Of a stretch of DNA of 32,000 bases, positions 17,814 to 26,871 are shown one piece after another. Within the stretch, counting starts at the first letter, position 1. The number at the start of each line of letters is the position of its first letter. A program made the position numbers and the translations under genes. The DNA comes from Candidatus Hermodarchaeota archaeon (GTDB lineage: Archaea; Asgardarchaeota; Heimdallarchaeia; Hodarchaeales; Hodarchaeaceae): positions 1-32,000 of the forward strand of contig JBHLKY010000009.1 in NCBI GenBank assembly GCA_048886185.1. Direction: 5' to 3'. Below the pieces are notes generated by a model. It saw only the letters and a list, made by a program, of their open reading frames with translations, did not search any database and was not told the origin of the DNA.

Positions 17814-19430
17814 ATGACTGTAAAATTTTGGAGGCGTCCCAATTCTGGACGTTCTGCTGTACACGCATGTAATGGAATGGTAGCTTCTTCCCAACCCCTC
17901 GCTTCTCAAACTGGTGTTCAGATACTACAAAACGGAGGAAATGCTTGTGATGCAATCGTGGCAATGGCAGCCGTATTAAATGTTGTTGAACCTTTCTCAA
18001 CAGGTATTGGTGGCGATGCCTTTGCTCTTTTATATATACCAGGAGATAAAGCCCCAAAGGCAATTAATGGATCAGGTTTTGCTCCAGAAAATCTATCTTA
18101 CAGTTATCTCGTGGATGAGCTAGCTCTGGAAACAATGCCCATCAATGGAGTAATTCCAATTACTGTACCTGGGGCTGTTAGTGCTTGGGAATTGATTCAA
18201 GAAACCTATGGGAGACTTTCCTGGGAGGAAATACTTCAGCCAGCAATAAAATACGCTCAGAATGGTTTTCCAGTTAGTCCTATTATAGCTGAGGTCTGGA
18301 AAGAACTTGTCCCCAAACTCTGTAATCATGATGGTGCTCGAAAAAATTATCTGATAAATGAAGAAAGAGCTCCTGCCGTTGGAGAGATATTTAAACAAAA
18401 AGCACTTGCATCTACATTGAGTGTTATTGCAAAACAAGGAGCAGAAGCATTTTATCACGGTGAACTCGCACATCGAATTGTAGAATTCCTAGAAAACCAA
18501 GGTGGTTTTATTAAAAATTCTGATTTAGAAAATTTTAAGGCCGAATGGACAGAACCTATCTCTCAAGAAATCTATAATAACATAGTGTGGGAACATGGGC
18601 CAAATGGACAAGGATTAACAACTCTTCTAATTCTCAATATTGTAGAAGAATTAGATATTGCTAGGTATCCCCTCAATTCAGCAGCTTATCTTCATCATTT
18701 TATTGAATCTAAAAAGATTGCTTTTGCAGATGCCTTCGCACAAATTGCGGATCCAAGATTCATGACAATTTCTCCCTCCAAATTGCTTTCTGAAGAATAC
18801 TCTCAGACTCGTGCTAGTCAGATCAATCCTAGACGGGCAATGAAGGTTATAACTGCTCCTCTCGAAATGGCGGATGATACTGTATATTTAACCGCTGCTG
18901 ATAAAGAAGGGATGGCTATTTCATTCATTAATTCTCTCTATTATGGTTTTGGTTCAGGGATTGTAGACCCACAAACGGGCATTGCATTTCAGAATCGGGG
19001 GGCAGGTTTTTCGTTAATTAAAGATCATCCCAACCAATATATGCCCAAAAAACGTCCCTTTCACACTATTATCCCCGCAATGATAACCTCATCTGAGAGT
19101 GAACTAGAATATTCCTTTGGTGTGATGGGGGGACATCATCAACCTCAAGGTCAAGCCCAAGTATTTCTCAATTTAATTCTGCATGAAATGGATCCGCAAG
19201 AAGCAATTAGCTGTCCAAGATTTCATCATGATCAGATATTAAATACTGTGGCCTTAGAAGATCCTATTGGAGTGAATATTCGTACTAAGTTGCGTAATCT
19301 TGGTCATACAATAGTTGACTGTGTGGGTACAAACTTTGGAGGTGGACAGATTATTAAAAGAAACTCTTCAAATAATTGCTATATCGGAGGATCTGATCCT
19401 CGTAAAGATGGTCAAGTCGATGGATACTAA
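17814..19430 (+). CDS. ggt: Gamma-glutamyltransferase family protein (YwrD-like)
   Basis: GGNACDA, TGIGGD, TVPGAV, autocleavage Thr in DDTVYL, NRGAGF, KRPFHTIIP, GVMGG and DPRKDG. Confidence 0.95.
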   Translation: MTVKFWRRPNSGRSAVHACNGMVASSQPLASQTGVQILQNGGNACDAIVAMAAVLNVVEPFSTGIGGDAFALLYIPGDKAPKAINGSGFAPENLSYSYLVDELALETMPINGVIPITVPGAVSAWELIQETYGRLSWEEILQPAIKYAQNGFPVSPIIAEVWKELVPKLCNHDGARKNYLINEERAPAVGEIFKQKALASTLSVIAKQGAEAFYHGELAHRIVEFLENQGGFIKNSDLENFKAEWTEPISQEIYNNIVWEHGPNGQGLTTLLILNIVEELDIARYPLNSAAYLHHFIESKKIAFADAFAQIADPRFMTISPSKLLSEEYSQTRASQINPRRAMKVITAPLEMADDTVYLTAADKEGMAISFINSLYYGFGSGIVDPQTGIAFQNRGAGFSLIKDHPNQYMPKKRPFHTIIPAMITSSESELEYSFGVMGGHHQPQGQAQVFLNLILHEMDPQEAISCPRFHHDQILNTVALEDPIGVNIRTKLRNLGHTIVDCVGTNFGGGQIIKRNSSNNCYIGGSDPRKDGQVDGY

Positions 19431-19521
19431 CTAGTAAGTTCTTGAAGAATAAAATTCAAGTAAGGAATTATATTCTAAAACAAAAAAACATCAAAATTTA
19501 ATCTTAATGGCTTCTTAATAC

Positions 19522-20748
19522 GTGATTATGATGGAAAATGACGCAATTCTAACCAAATTATTGAAGCAAACGAGAAATGAGTTATACTCTTGGGCAACAA
19601 ACGATTTAACATGTCAGTTGGCAAAAGAGGTTATGACTATTGGATTAGCGAAGATAAAATTGTTTTATCAGGAGTTAGGCGTTGATTCAAGTGCGATAAT
19701 TGTATTTGGACCTGATGGAAGTGTCACACGAAATAAAGCTAGATTCAATGAGGGTGTTGGTTATGGATGTGTCGTTGCGACTAAGGATTTCATTTTCCCT
19801 AGTTTACTCCATCCAAATGGCTGTGGTTTTGGGCTTTACAAAATTGATAATATACCTTCTTTACAACAGTTGATAAGAAAATTAAATAGATTAAAGAGAG
19901 AGGGGGTTCCCATTGGGAGTCAACAGGGTAAATGGGATGTTTGGAAGTCGAATCACTTTATTGACATTCTTAAGTTGGATAGAGTCAGTCCAAAATATTC
20001 CCAATTCGAGGAATGGTTATCTCAAGGAAGTTATGTTCTAATACACTCATCACAGCAAACTCAGACCGAACGTTTAAATCATTGGAATGATGAGGAATTC
20101 ATAAGAGTTCATACTCCCCTTGGGACAGTTGAGGGACTTACTGGTGAATCTATAAGGGAGTATCTTAAATTCTTTCAAAAAGTTGAAGCATATAGTAAGA
20201 AAAAAAGAACATCCATTGCGACTGAACTTTTTGGAGAAGAAAATGTCAGCTGTATTTCTAATCCTACTCATCAAGGGTATTATCAAGAAGATAGCTACTA
20301 TGTAATGAGACTTGGCCTCTATAACTCGATTGATCCAACTGGGGAGAAAACAATACCTGTTTTCCCTTTAGCTTTCAATGGCTATTCCTTTATCTATCTT
20401 TATGAAGGATTACCAAATGTTAAAAGACAGTACTGGACTGAGAATCAGTATGAAAGAGCTAAAAATATGGGGCATGTTGATTTCTTGAAAAAGGCGAACC
20501 TTCTTCCGCACGGTGGTGGTTATTCATTGAATTATCCGTTTTCTACCGTAAAATCTCTTGTATTCGATGGTGTTATCTATTTTGAGTTATTTGATGCTGC
20601 TATGGCTAAAAGCCATTTGCTTATTAAAAATATTGAAGCATTAGAGTACGGGTATCGGGGACCAACTGAAATCTTACCTTTAGTCGATCAGCTTGAATTT
20701 GGAAAAAGAGTTGCTCAATTTGTTCCAATAACTGTTATTAAATTTTGA
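19522..20748 (+). CDS. Divergent RtcB-fold protein
   Basis: Motifs in RtcB order: GPD, PNGCG, SNHFID, LIHS, THQGY, LLPHGGGY, C-terminal PITVIK. Confidence 0.7.
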   Translation: MIMMENDAILTKLLKQTRNELYSWATNDLTCQLAKEVMTIGLAKIKLFYQELGVDSSAIIVFGPDGSVTRNKARFNEGVGYGCVVATKDFIFPSLLHPNGCGFGLYKIDNIPSLQQLIRKLNRLKREGVPIGSQQGKWDVWKSNHFIDILKLDRVSPKYSQFEEWLSQGSYVLIHSSQQTQTERLNHWNDEEFIRVHTPLGTVEGLTGESIREYLKFFQKVEAYSKKKRTSIATELFGEENVSCISNPTHQGYYQEDSYYVMRLGLYNSIDPTGEKTIPVFPLAFNGYSFIYLYEGLPNVKRQYWTENQYERAKNMGHVDFLKKANLLPHGGGYSLNYPFSTVKSLVFDGVIYFELFDAAMAKSHLLIKNIEALEYGYRGPTEILPLVDQLEFGKRVAQFVPITVIKF

Positions 20749-20953
20749 ATAAGTAATTATTAAATAATTATAAGTTATTTAAAAGAGATTTCTTGATATT
20801 ATTTTCTTTTTATAGATTTTTAATGAAATCTTAATTCCTTGAATGTTAATTATTTATATTTAGATTTCTTCTATTACTTTTAGGAAGTCATATACAAAAT
20901 AACGGAGTACTATTAGCAGCCTTTTTAACCCATAAGACTAAAATTCAATTGCA

Positions 20954-21868
20954 ATGGAGGAAAAAGCACCTAACGCTGAATTGCGAAAAAAGCTCTTAGA
21001 GGATCGTCAAGACCTTTCATTTCCGGGCCGTCAATCTCTAATTGCTAATATTCAGAGTAGGTTTGCTGTGAAGGGAGATGTATGGATTCATCATGCATAT
21101 AATGTCCCTGAAGAAGACCCTCTTGTCATCAATGAGGAAGGAGGTAACATTCAATATCAAGATAGAATAATAGTTCCCGCTATAATTCATACTTTGGTTG
21201 ATAAAGTTGGGGGAATGAGAACAACAAGTATTGCAGCAATTAGTGGTATGAAAACCCCAGAGCTGATGTTACTTCAGGATCCTGCTACAATGAATCTTGC
21301 TATCATCTACAAAGAGAAATTATGGATCACTGAAATTTTATTAAAAGAGGTTGATTTTCTATATCCCTTTCCTGCTGAAAGAACTCATGCATTAACCGAC
21401 AGTGAACGAACAATCGTCGAGGTGTCTCAAGAGGACATTTCTATAGAAATAACAGGACATCGCGCTAAAGGAGGGATTGTTCAAGAGAAGATTTTCATGC
21501 CTCTTGATTCGAATTACCATCCTGTTTTAGGGGGAACGGATCCTGCAAAACGATTTAAAACCTCACTCCCAAGGTTTCCTGACATAGGGGAACTGGTATT
21601 AATGATTTCAGATGCAATCTCCAGTTCTGCTAAAATGTATCTAGGTACTGTAAATGTAAGACTTGATGAGGGCCGATTCGCGTTGGAATACCCCCAAGAT
21701 ATAAATGTTGCAGGATTGAAGATATATCGAAAATATTTAGATGTAATAGAGGTTCGCTCCCCCTCCAATCCCCCTCATATGGAACTCCAACGTGTTATTT
21801 TCCGCATATATCGAACTGAAATATCTCGTCATATAAGAAGCCTTATCAAGATGCTTCATATCGGTTGA
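20954..21868 (+). CDS. Hypothetical soluble protein
   Basis: 304-aa ORF, ATG start, no TM segment, no motif recognised. Confidence 0.8.
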   Translation: MEEKAPNAELRKKLLEDRQDLSFPGRQSLIANIQSRFAVKGDVWIHHAYNVPEEDPLVINEEGGNIQYQDRIIVPAIIHTLVDKVGGMRTTSIAAISGMKTPELMLLQDPATMNLAIIYKEKLWITEILLKEVDFLYPFPAERTHALTDSERTIVEVSQEDISIEITGHRAKGGIVQEKIFMPLDSNYHPVLGGTDPAKRFKTSLPRFPDIGELVLMISDAISSSAKMYLGTVNVRLDEGRFALEYPQDINVAGLKIYRKYLDVIEVRSPSNPPHMELQRVIFRIYRTEISRHIRSLIKMLHIG

Positions 21869-21882
21869 TTTTCCAGTAAATT

Positions 21883-22377
21883 TTATTCATTTTCTTCCAT
21901 ATAATCATCTACTATTTTTTTCGCTTCTTCAACCCAAATCCGAGTAAGTTGTAGTTTTTCAAGTTCTTTTTGCTTTTCTATTAATAGTTGTTTTCTCGTA
22001 TCATACTCTACTCGACTAATTCGGTCCATTAAAAAGTCTCTTTCAAGCTGATCAATCTCTGCAGAGACTATTCCGTCCATGGACTGAAAAAAGGTTATTA
22101 TTGCCGAATTAATAACATCCATCATCTCTAAACTAGGATCTGAAGCGTAATAAACATAATGAGGTGTTGGAAAGGGCTCAACAGTTCGTTCACAAAAATA
22201 GTTTATTAAGAGGAGTTTTAAATGTTTCTCCACCGCTGGCCTTGAAATATTAAGTTTTTCAGCTAGCCCCTGTGGATTCATGGGATTTTGACTTATCAGA
22301 TTGAAAATTTTTCGTCGTGTAGGGTCAGATAGGAGTTTATGAAGAGAACCAATTCGTTTTTCTAGCTCCTTACTCAA
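21883..22377 (-). CDS. ArsR-family regulator with a C-terminal SHOCT-like helical extension
   Basis: LSDPTRRKIFNLI...LAEKLNISRPAVEKHLKLL; C-terminal LERDFLMDRISRVEYDTRKQLL. Confidence 0.85.
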   Translation of the reverse strand: MSKELEKRIGSLHKLLSDPTRRKIFNLISQNPMNPQGLAEKLNISRPAVEKHLKLLLINYFCERTVEPFPTPHYVYYASDPSLEMMDVINSAIITFFQSMDGIVSAEIDQLERDFLMDRISRVEYDTRKQLLIEKQKELEKLQLTRIWVEEAKKIVDDYMEENE

Positions 22378-22649
22378 TTAATTTTCCTCAAAAAGGTTTT
22401 AGATGCTTTTATTATTATTTTTTAATTTGTCTAAAATGAATTTTGCTCTGAAATCAATTAAGAAACATCAAATTATGTTGAACATTCATTTGAGATAAGA
22501 TTATTAGTCTGATTTAACTCATTGGTTATATCAAGTAACTGATTGGTTTCGTCTTTAAACTCGATTCTTTAGAATATTTTTTAACTAGTTGCTTATCTGT
22601 ACTATCAGAAGTTGTTTATAAGTAGAAATTTCATGAAAAAGTGGTTTAA

Positions 22650-23486
22650 ATGTCAAATAAGGAAGTAGAGGATTTAAAAACCTTAATAAAAGCATTAGAT
22701 ATTCGTTTTAAAAATGAAGAGATATCTGTTGAAGAATATAACAATTTAAAAGAAAAATACGAGGCTAGACTAGAAGAGGAGATTAGTCTTGTTAAAGAGA
22801 AAAGTTTTCTAAAGAATCTTTCATATATCAGTATTTCTGGATCAGGAAAGGTTACTGACTCGTATATCAGTATTTCTGGATCAGGAAAAGTTGATGGATG
22901 GAGAGGGGGATCTATAGCTATTTCTGGATCTGGAAAAATATCTGAGGATGAAATTAAGGTTAGTGGTTCTGCATCTCTCCCAGGTGATCTAAAAACACAC
23001 ACTTTAAAAGCATCTGGTTCAGTTAAGGCTGATGGACCAATTGAAACTACTATTTTCAAAAGTTCTGGATCGTGCAAAATCGAAGGCGATTTGATTGCTC
23101 ATGAAACACTTGCTATTTCTGGATCAGGAAGTATAGAGGCTGATCTTAAAGGTGGTGATATTTCTTCAAGTGGTGCATTGAAAGTGACTGGTGAAGTTCA
23201 GTGTATTAATGCTGATCTTAATGGTGCCTATAGGATTGGGGGAAACGTGAAATGCCAAGGATCATTTACTTCTGAAATAAATTCAAAATGCACCATTGAA
23301 GGAGATTTAATCTGTGGTGGAAACGTTCAAATTGAACAGGGGAGTCACCGTGGCCAACTTCGTGTGGATAAAATTCTTGCTGAAGGAGATGTTTACCTTG
23401 AAGGAGTTTCCGCCCAGTATGTTGAGGGGAAGACAGTTAAAATTGGACCGGAATGTCATGTTGACAAAGTAGAGGAAAAAGCCTAA
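22650..23486 (+). CDS. Bactofilin-like (polymer-forming, YhbE/YhbF-type) beta-helix protein with an N-terminal SHOCT-like domain
   Basis: ISGSG/SGS beta-helix repeats; C-terminal EGDVYLEGVSAQYVEGKTVKIGPECHVDKVE; N-terminal LDIRFKNEEISVEEYNNLK. Confidence 0.8.
   Translation: MSNKEVEDLKTLIKALDIRFKNEEISVEEYNNLKEKYEARLEEEISLVKEKSFLKNLSYISISGSGKVTDSYISISGSGKVDGWRGGSIAISGSGKISEDEIKVSGSASLPGDLKTHTLKASGSVKADGPIETTIFKSSGSCKIEGDLIAHETLAISGSGSIEADLKGGDISSSGALKVTGEVQCINADLNGAYRIGGNVKCQGSFTSEINSKCTIEGDLICGGNVQIEQGSHRGQLRVDKILAEGDVYLEGVSAQYVEGKTVKIGPECHVDKVEEKA
22824..22888 (+). repeat. Exact 26-bp direct repeat (39-nt period) inside the bactofilin-like gene
   Basis: TATATCAGTATTTCTGGATCAGGAAA at 22824-22849 and 22863-22888, encoding YISISGSGK twice. 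Confidence 0.95.
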
Positions 23487-23501
23487 TCTGTAATCTGAAT
23501 T

Positions 23502-24347
23502 TTGGGATTAATGGGAAACACCTTGAGCTTGCTTCCTCAAATACCTTCTTTTTTATTTGATCAGACCTCTCCCTCCATCTTATGGTGTTATACAGGTGGA
23601 GGTCATTTTTTTGATGAAATTTTCACTCAAATATTAAAATTAAATAACAAGTCTGTCCCAATCTGTTTTGTCTTCTCAAACGCGGGAGCTCTTGTAGCAA
23701 ATAGATATGGTTTCTTTTGGAAATTGACTCATTCAGATATTAAAAAAGAGTATTTCCACTTTATTTTTGAGTATACTGTTGCTCAATACAATATTGAAGC
23801 CATGTTAACTGATGCTGAGTTTTCATATTCCATCATATTTGAGGATCCAGCTTTTTCAGTTGCGATAGCCCTTGCTAACACTCAAGCCAGTTGCATTATT
23901 GCTTGTCCCTTGACAGCTAACACAGCTGCAAAGTTAGTATCTGGAATAGCTGATTCATTCATCTCAAATTTGCTATCTAATGGATTAAAATCTGGAAAAA
24001 AGGTTGTAATTTATCCAACAGATGCAATATTACAGAAAATAAAGACAAAATTACCAGTACGACAGATTAAATCCACTTCATCTGATTGTATTGATGCTTC
24101 CGTATGCAGATTTAATGCGCTAAAGGAGTCTTCAACAAATAACATTATTTTTTTACCTCAGTTCTGTGTTGGTTGCCAAGCTTGCGTTAAGAAATATCCT
24201 ACAGTTTTCTCATTTGGAGATGAGATTGATTTACAAATTCGAAAAGTAGACTTTCTTAATATTCAGAAATTAGGTGCTGAGATGACTATTTTTAAGACAC
24301 CTAAAGAAATAATTGATTTTGTTGACCAGAATTTTCCACTACATTAG
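23502..24347 (+). CDS. HFCD flavoprotein with ferredoxin insert, similar to dihydromethanopterin reductase DmrX
   Basis: WCYTGGGH, FSNAG, CPLTANTAAKLVSGIADS, PTD, CVGCQAC and IRKVD motifs. The start is probably ATG at 23511. Confidence 0.8.
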   Translation: MGLMGNTLSLLPQIPSFLFDQTSPSILWCYTGGGHFFDEIFTQILKLNNKSVPICFVFSNAGALVANRYGFFWKLTHSDIKKEYFHFIFEYTVAQYNIEAMLTDAEFSYSIIFEDPAFSVAIALANTQASCIIACPLTANTAAKLVSGIADSFISNLLSNGLKSGKKVVIYPTDAILQKIKTKLPVRQIKSTSSDCIDASVCRFNALKESSTNNIIFLPQFCVGCQACVKKYPTVFSFGDEIDLQIRKVDFLNIQKLGAEMTIFKTPKEIIDFVDQNFPLH

Positions 24348-24358
24348 ATCTGAGATCT

Positions 24359-24916
24359 CTATGTTGACGCTTGGGCTTTGTAGCTTTCAATATATCCCTT
24401 TATTGTTCTACCCAGTTCTGTAAAAGCTTCCGTTACGTTTAAACCTGATTTAGCGGATGTATTAAGAAATGTAATAGTAAAATTAATTTCAGTTATTTCT
24501 TGTTGAGATTTAGTCAAAAAAGATGTTAATTCATCTTGATTTACTGTTATTCCAGGTAAATCGCTCTTATTTCCTAATATTATATATGGGATTTGCCTGC
24601 CTACATTTGTAAAAAGCTCTTTTTTCCAGTTTTCAAGGTTGTATAAACTTTCAGGTCGAGTACGATCAAACACGAGGATGGCTCCATGCGATCCTTTATA
24701 ATAAAGAGCTCGTACAGCTTCAAACCGTTGTTGTCCTGCAAGATCCCAGATTTGAAACTTATATTGCATTCCATCAATTTCAAGATTTTGAACTGCGAAA
24801 TCGGCACCGATTGTCAGTATATAACCGCTCTGAAACCCCTTTCCAAGAAATCGTTCCCTTAGAGAGGTTTTTCCAACTCCACCATCGCCTAGTAAGCAAA
24901 TTTTGTACAATGGCAC
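24359..24916 (-). CDS. Rab-like small GTPase (Ras superfamily)
   Basis: GDGGVGKT, TIGADF, IWDLAGQ, YYKG, GNKSD and TSAK motifs. Confidence 0.96.
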   Translation of the reverse strand: MPLYKICLLGDGGVGKTSLRERFLGKGFQSGYILTIGADFAVQNLEIDGMQYKFQIWDLAGQQRFEAVRALYYKGSHGAILVFDRTRPESLYNLENWKKELFTNVGRQIPYIILGNKSDLPGITVNQDELTSFLTKSQQEITEINFTITFLNTSAKSGLNVTEAFTELGRTIKGYIESYKAQAST

Positions 24917-25225
24917 AGGTTTTTCCTCAAACTTTATGATATTCCGTGAAATCTCCTTTGGTTACTTGTAGTATGAGTTCGTTTTGATTGTATTAGGGAG
25001 GATTTTCTTTAGCATTTTGAAACATTAAACAGATTGGGAACCAGTAGTATTTTACTAAATTGATATACATTTCAAGGTTTAAACCTTACACGTAAAACAA
25101 TCTGATTCTAATATATATTTATATTCAAAACAATGCGGTGTCAACACAATCCTTGGTAAACTTTATGAAAATCTTCAGGGAAGAAGTACATATAATAAAT
25201 TTATTGTTATGTGTTTCAATAGAAG

Positions 25226-26710
25226 TTATGATGATGGAGAGAATTTCTTTATCATATTTGTCTTCAAATCAAATAGGGATTTTGTTAAACTAACTTTATA
25301 GATGTGAGGATTTAATAGTCGTTTATAAGTTGGATCTAAACAAAGTAATTGTTCTTTACAAAACTTTTGAGCAAGTTTCCAGTCATAATAATTTTTATTT
25401 GTTATAATTTTCCCCTCCTTCATTAATAAATGATGTAAAAGCTGAGTAACTACATGTTTCGGTAAACAGAATTTCTTTAAATGTTCAATAGGATGAAAGA
25501 TCCAATCACCCGAACTGGGTTCTTTTTCATTAATTAAGCCAATTACATCTGCTAGAAACTTTCCATTTTTGTCAGTGATTCTCCAAATCTTTTTAATGCC
25601 TGGATTTATAGTTTTTGATACATTTTCACTTACTTTAATCTTGGGTTCTCCATTGAAAGCAACTAGCTTGTACACTCCTCCCAATGCACTCTGTTGTCCT
25701 CCTGTTATCAATTTTGTTCCAACACCATAAGTTAATTTAGATAAGGTTTCCTCACAAAGCTTTTTCTCTTCTTTATTGTTGTTTGCTCTCTCCATTATTT
25801 GTTGGACAATAGAGCTAATAGTAAATTCATCCAGTTCATTTGAAAGAACAATACTGATGTTAGGGAAACCTGCTTTTTTGAACTCGCGATAAATTTCAAC
25901 AGATAAATATGCTAAATCACCTGAATCAATTCTAACTCCCATTATCTGTTTTCCCTTTTCATAAAGGATTTTCGCAACTTCAATTGCATTTGGGAGGCCT
26001 GATTTCAACACATCATAAGTGTCAATTAAGAGTAAGCATTTATCAGGGAATACCTCTGCGTATGCTTTAAAAGACTCTAATTCTGTGTCAAACGCCTGAA
26101 CCCAGGAATGGGCCTGGGTTCCAACTATCGGACAATTCCAAATTTTTCCACCTTGAACGAATGATGTTCCAACACATCCCCCAACAAGAGCTGCACGAAC
26201 CCCGATATAAGCACTGTCACCTTGAGCTCTTCGAAGTCCAAATTCTATGACATTCCCTCCCCTTGTTGCATTCACTACTCGCGCCGCTTTGGTGGCGATC
26301 AGTGTTGAATAATTTATGATATTAAGTAACGCAGTCTCTACAAGTTGAGTTTCGATTATTGGACCAGTAACCGTCAATATTGGAGTATAAGGGAAGATTA
26401 CCGATCCTTCTTTTACACCCTCAACCGTTCCTGTAAACTTTAGCTGCAATAAATGATCCAAAAACTCCTCTGTAAAAATCTTTTGTTTTCTCAGATAATT
26501 GATATCGTTTTCTGTAAACTTAAAGTTTGAGAGATATTCTAGAGCTAGAGCTATCCCACTTGCAATAGTATAACCTCCCTTAAATGGATTTGATCTAAAG
26601 AAAAGATCAAAGGTGGCCTCTTTTTCAATACCCAAGCTATAATACCCTTGACTCATTGTTAATTGATATAGATCGGTAAAAAGAGCTCGATTATCCTTGT
26701 AGAACATCAT
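25226..26710 (-). CDS. pncB: Nicotinate phosphoribosyltransferase
   Basis: TDLYQLTM, EFGLRRAQG, GTQAHSWV, LIDTYD, RIDSGDL, SNELDE and GVGTKL motifs. Confidence 0.97.
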   Translation of the reverse strand: MMFYKDNRALFTDLYQLTMSQGYYSLGIEKEATFDLFFRSNPFKGGYTIASGIALALEYLSNFKFTENDINYLRKQKIFTEEFLDHLLQLKFTGTVEGVKEGSVIFPYTPILTVTGPIIETQLVETALLNIINYSTLIATKAARVVNATRGGNVIEFGLRRAQGDSAYIGVRAALVGGCVGTSFVQGGKIWNCPIVGTQAHSWVQAFDTELESFKAYAEVFPDKCLLLIDTYDVLKSGLPNAIEVAKILYEKGKQIMGVRIDSGDLAYLSVEIYREFKKAGFPNISIVLSNELDEFTISSIVQQIMERANNNKEEKKLCEETLSKLTYGVGTKLITGGQQSALGGVYKLVAFNGEPKIKVSENVSKTINPGIKKIWRITDKNGKFLADVIGLINEKEPSSGDWIFHPIEHLKKFCLPKHVVTQLLHHLLMKEGKIITNKNYYDWKLAQKFCKEQLLCLDPTYKRLLNPHIYKVSLTKSLFDLKTNMIKKFSPSS

Positions 26711-26871
26711 TTATCATCAAAAAATATAATAGGATATATATTTTTTAGTTTCACTGAAAATAGGTTTAATAATCAAAATGCATTTTTATAGAAAATCTTT
26801 TGGAAAAAGAATCATAAACTTACTAAACATATAAAACTTAGTAATAACAAAAATAGTGGTGATGGTTCCGA

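Noticed and set aside
22824-23120. Repeats that could be mistaken for a CRISPR array
   Set aside because: There are only two exact copies, they are in frame inside a CDS encoding ISGSG rungs, and no cas genes are present.
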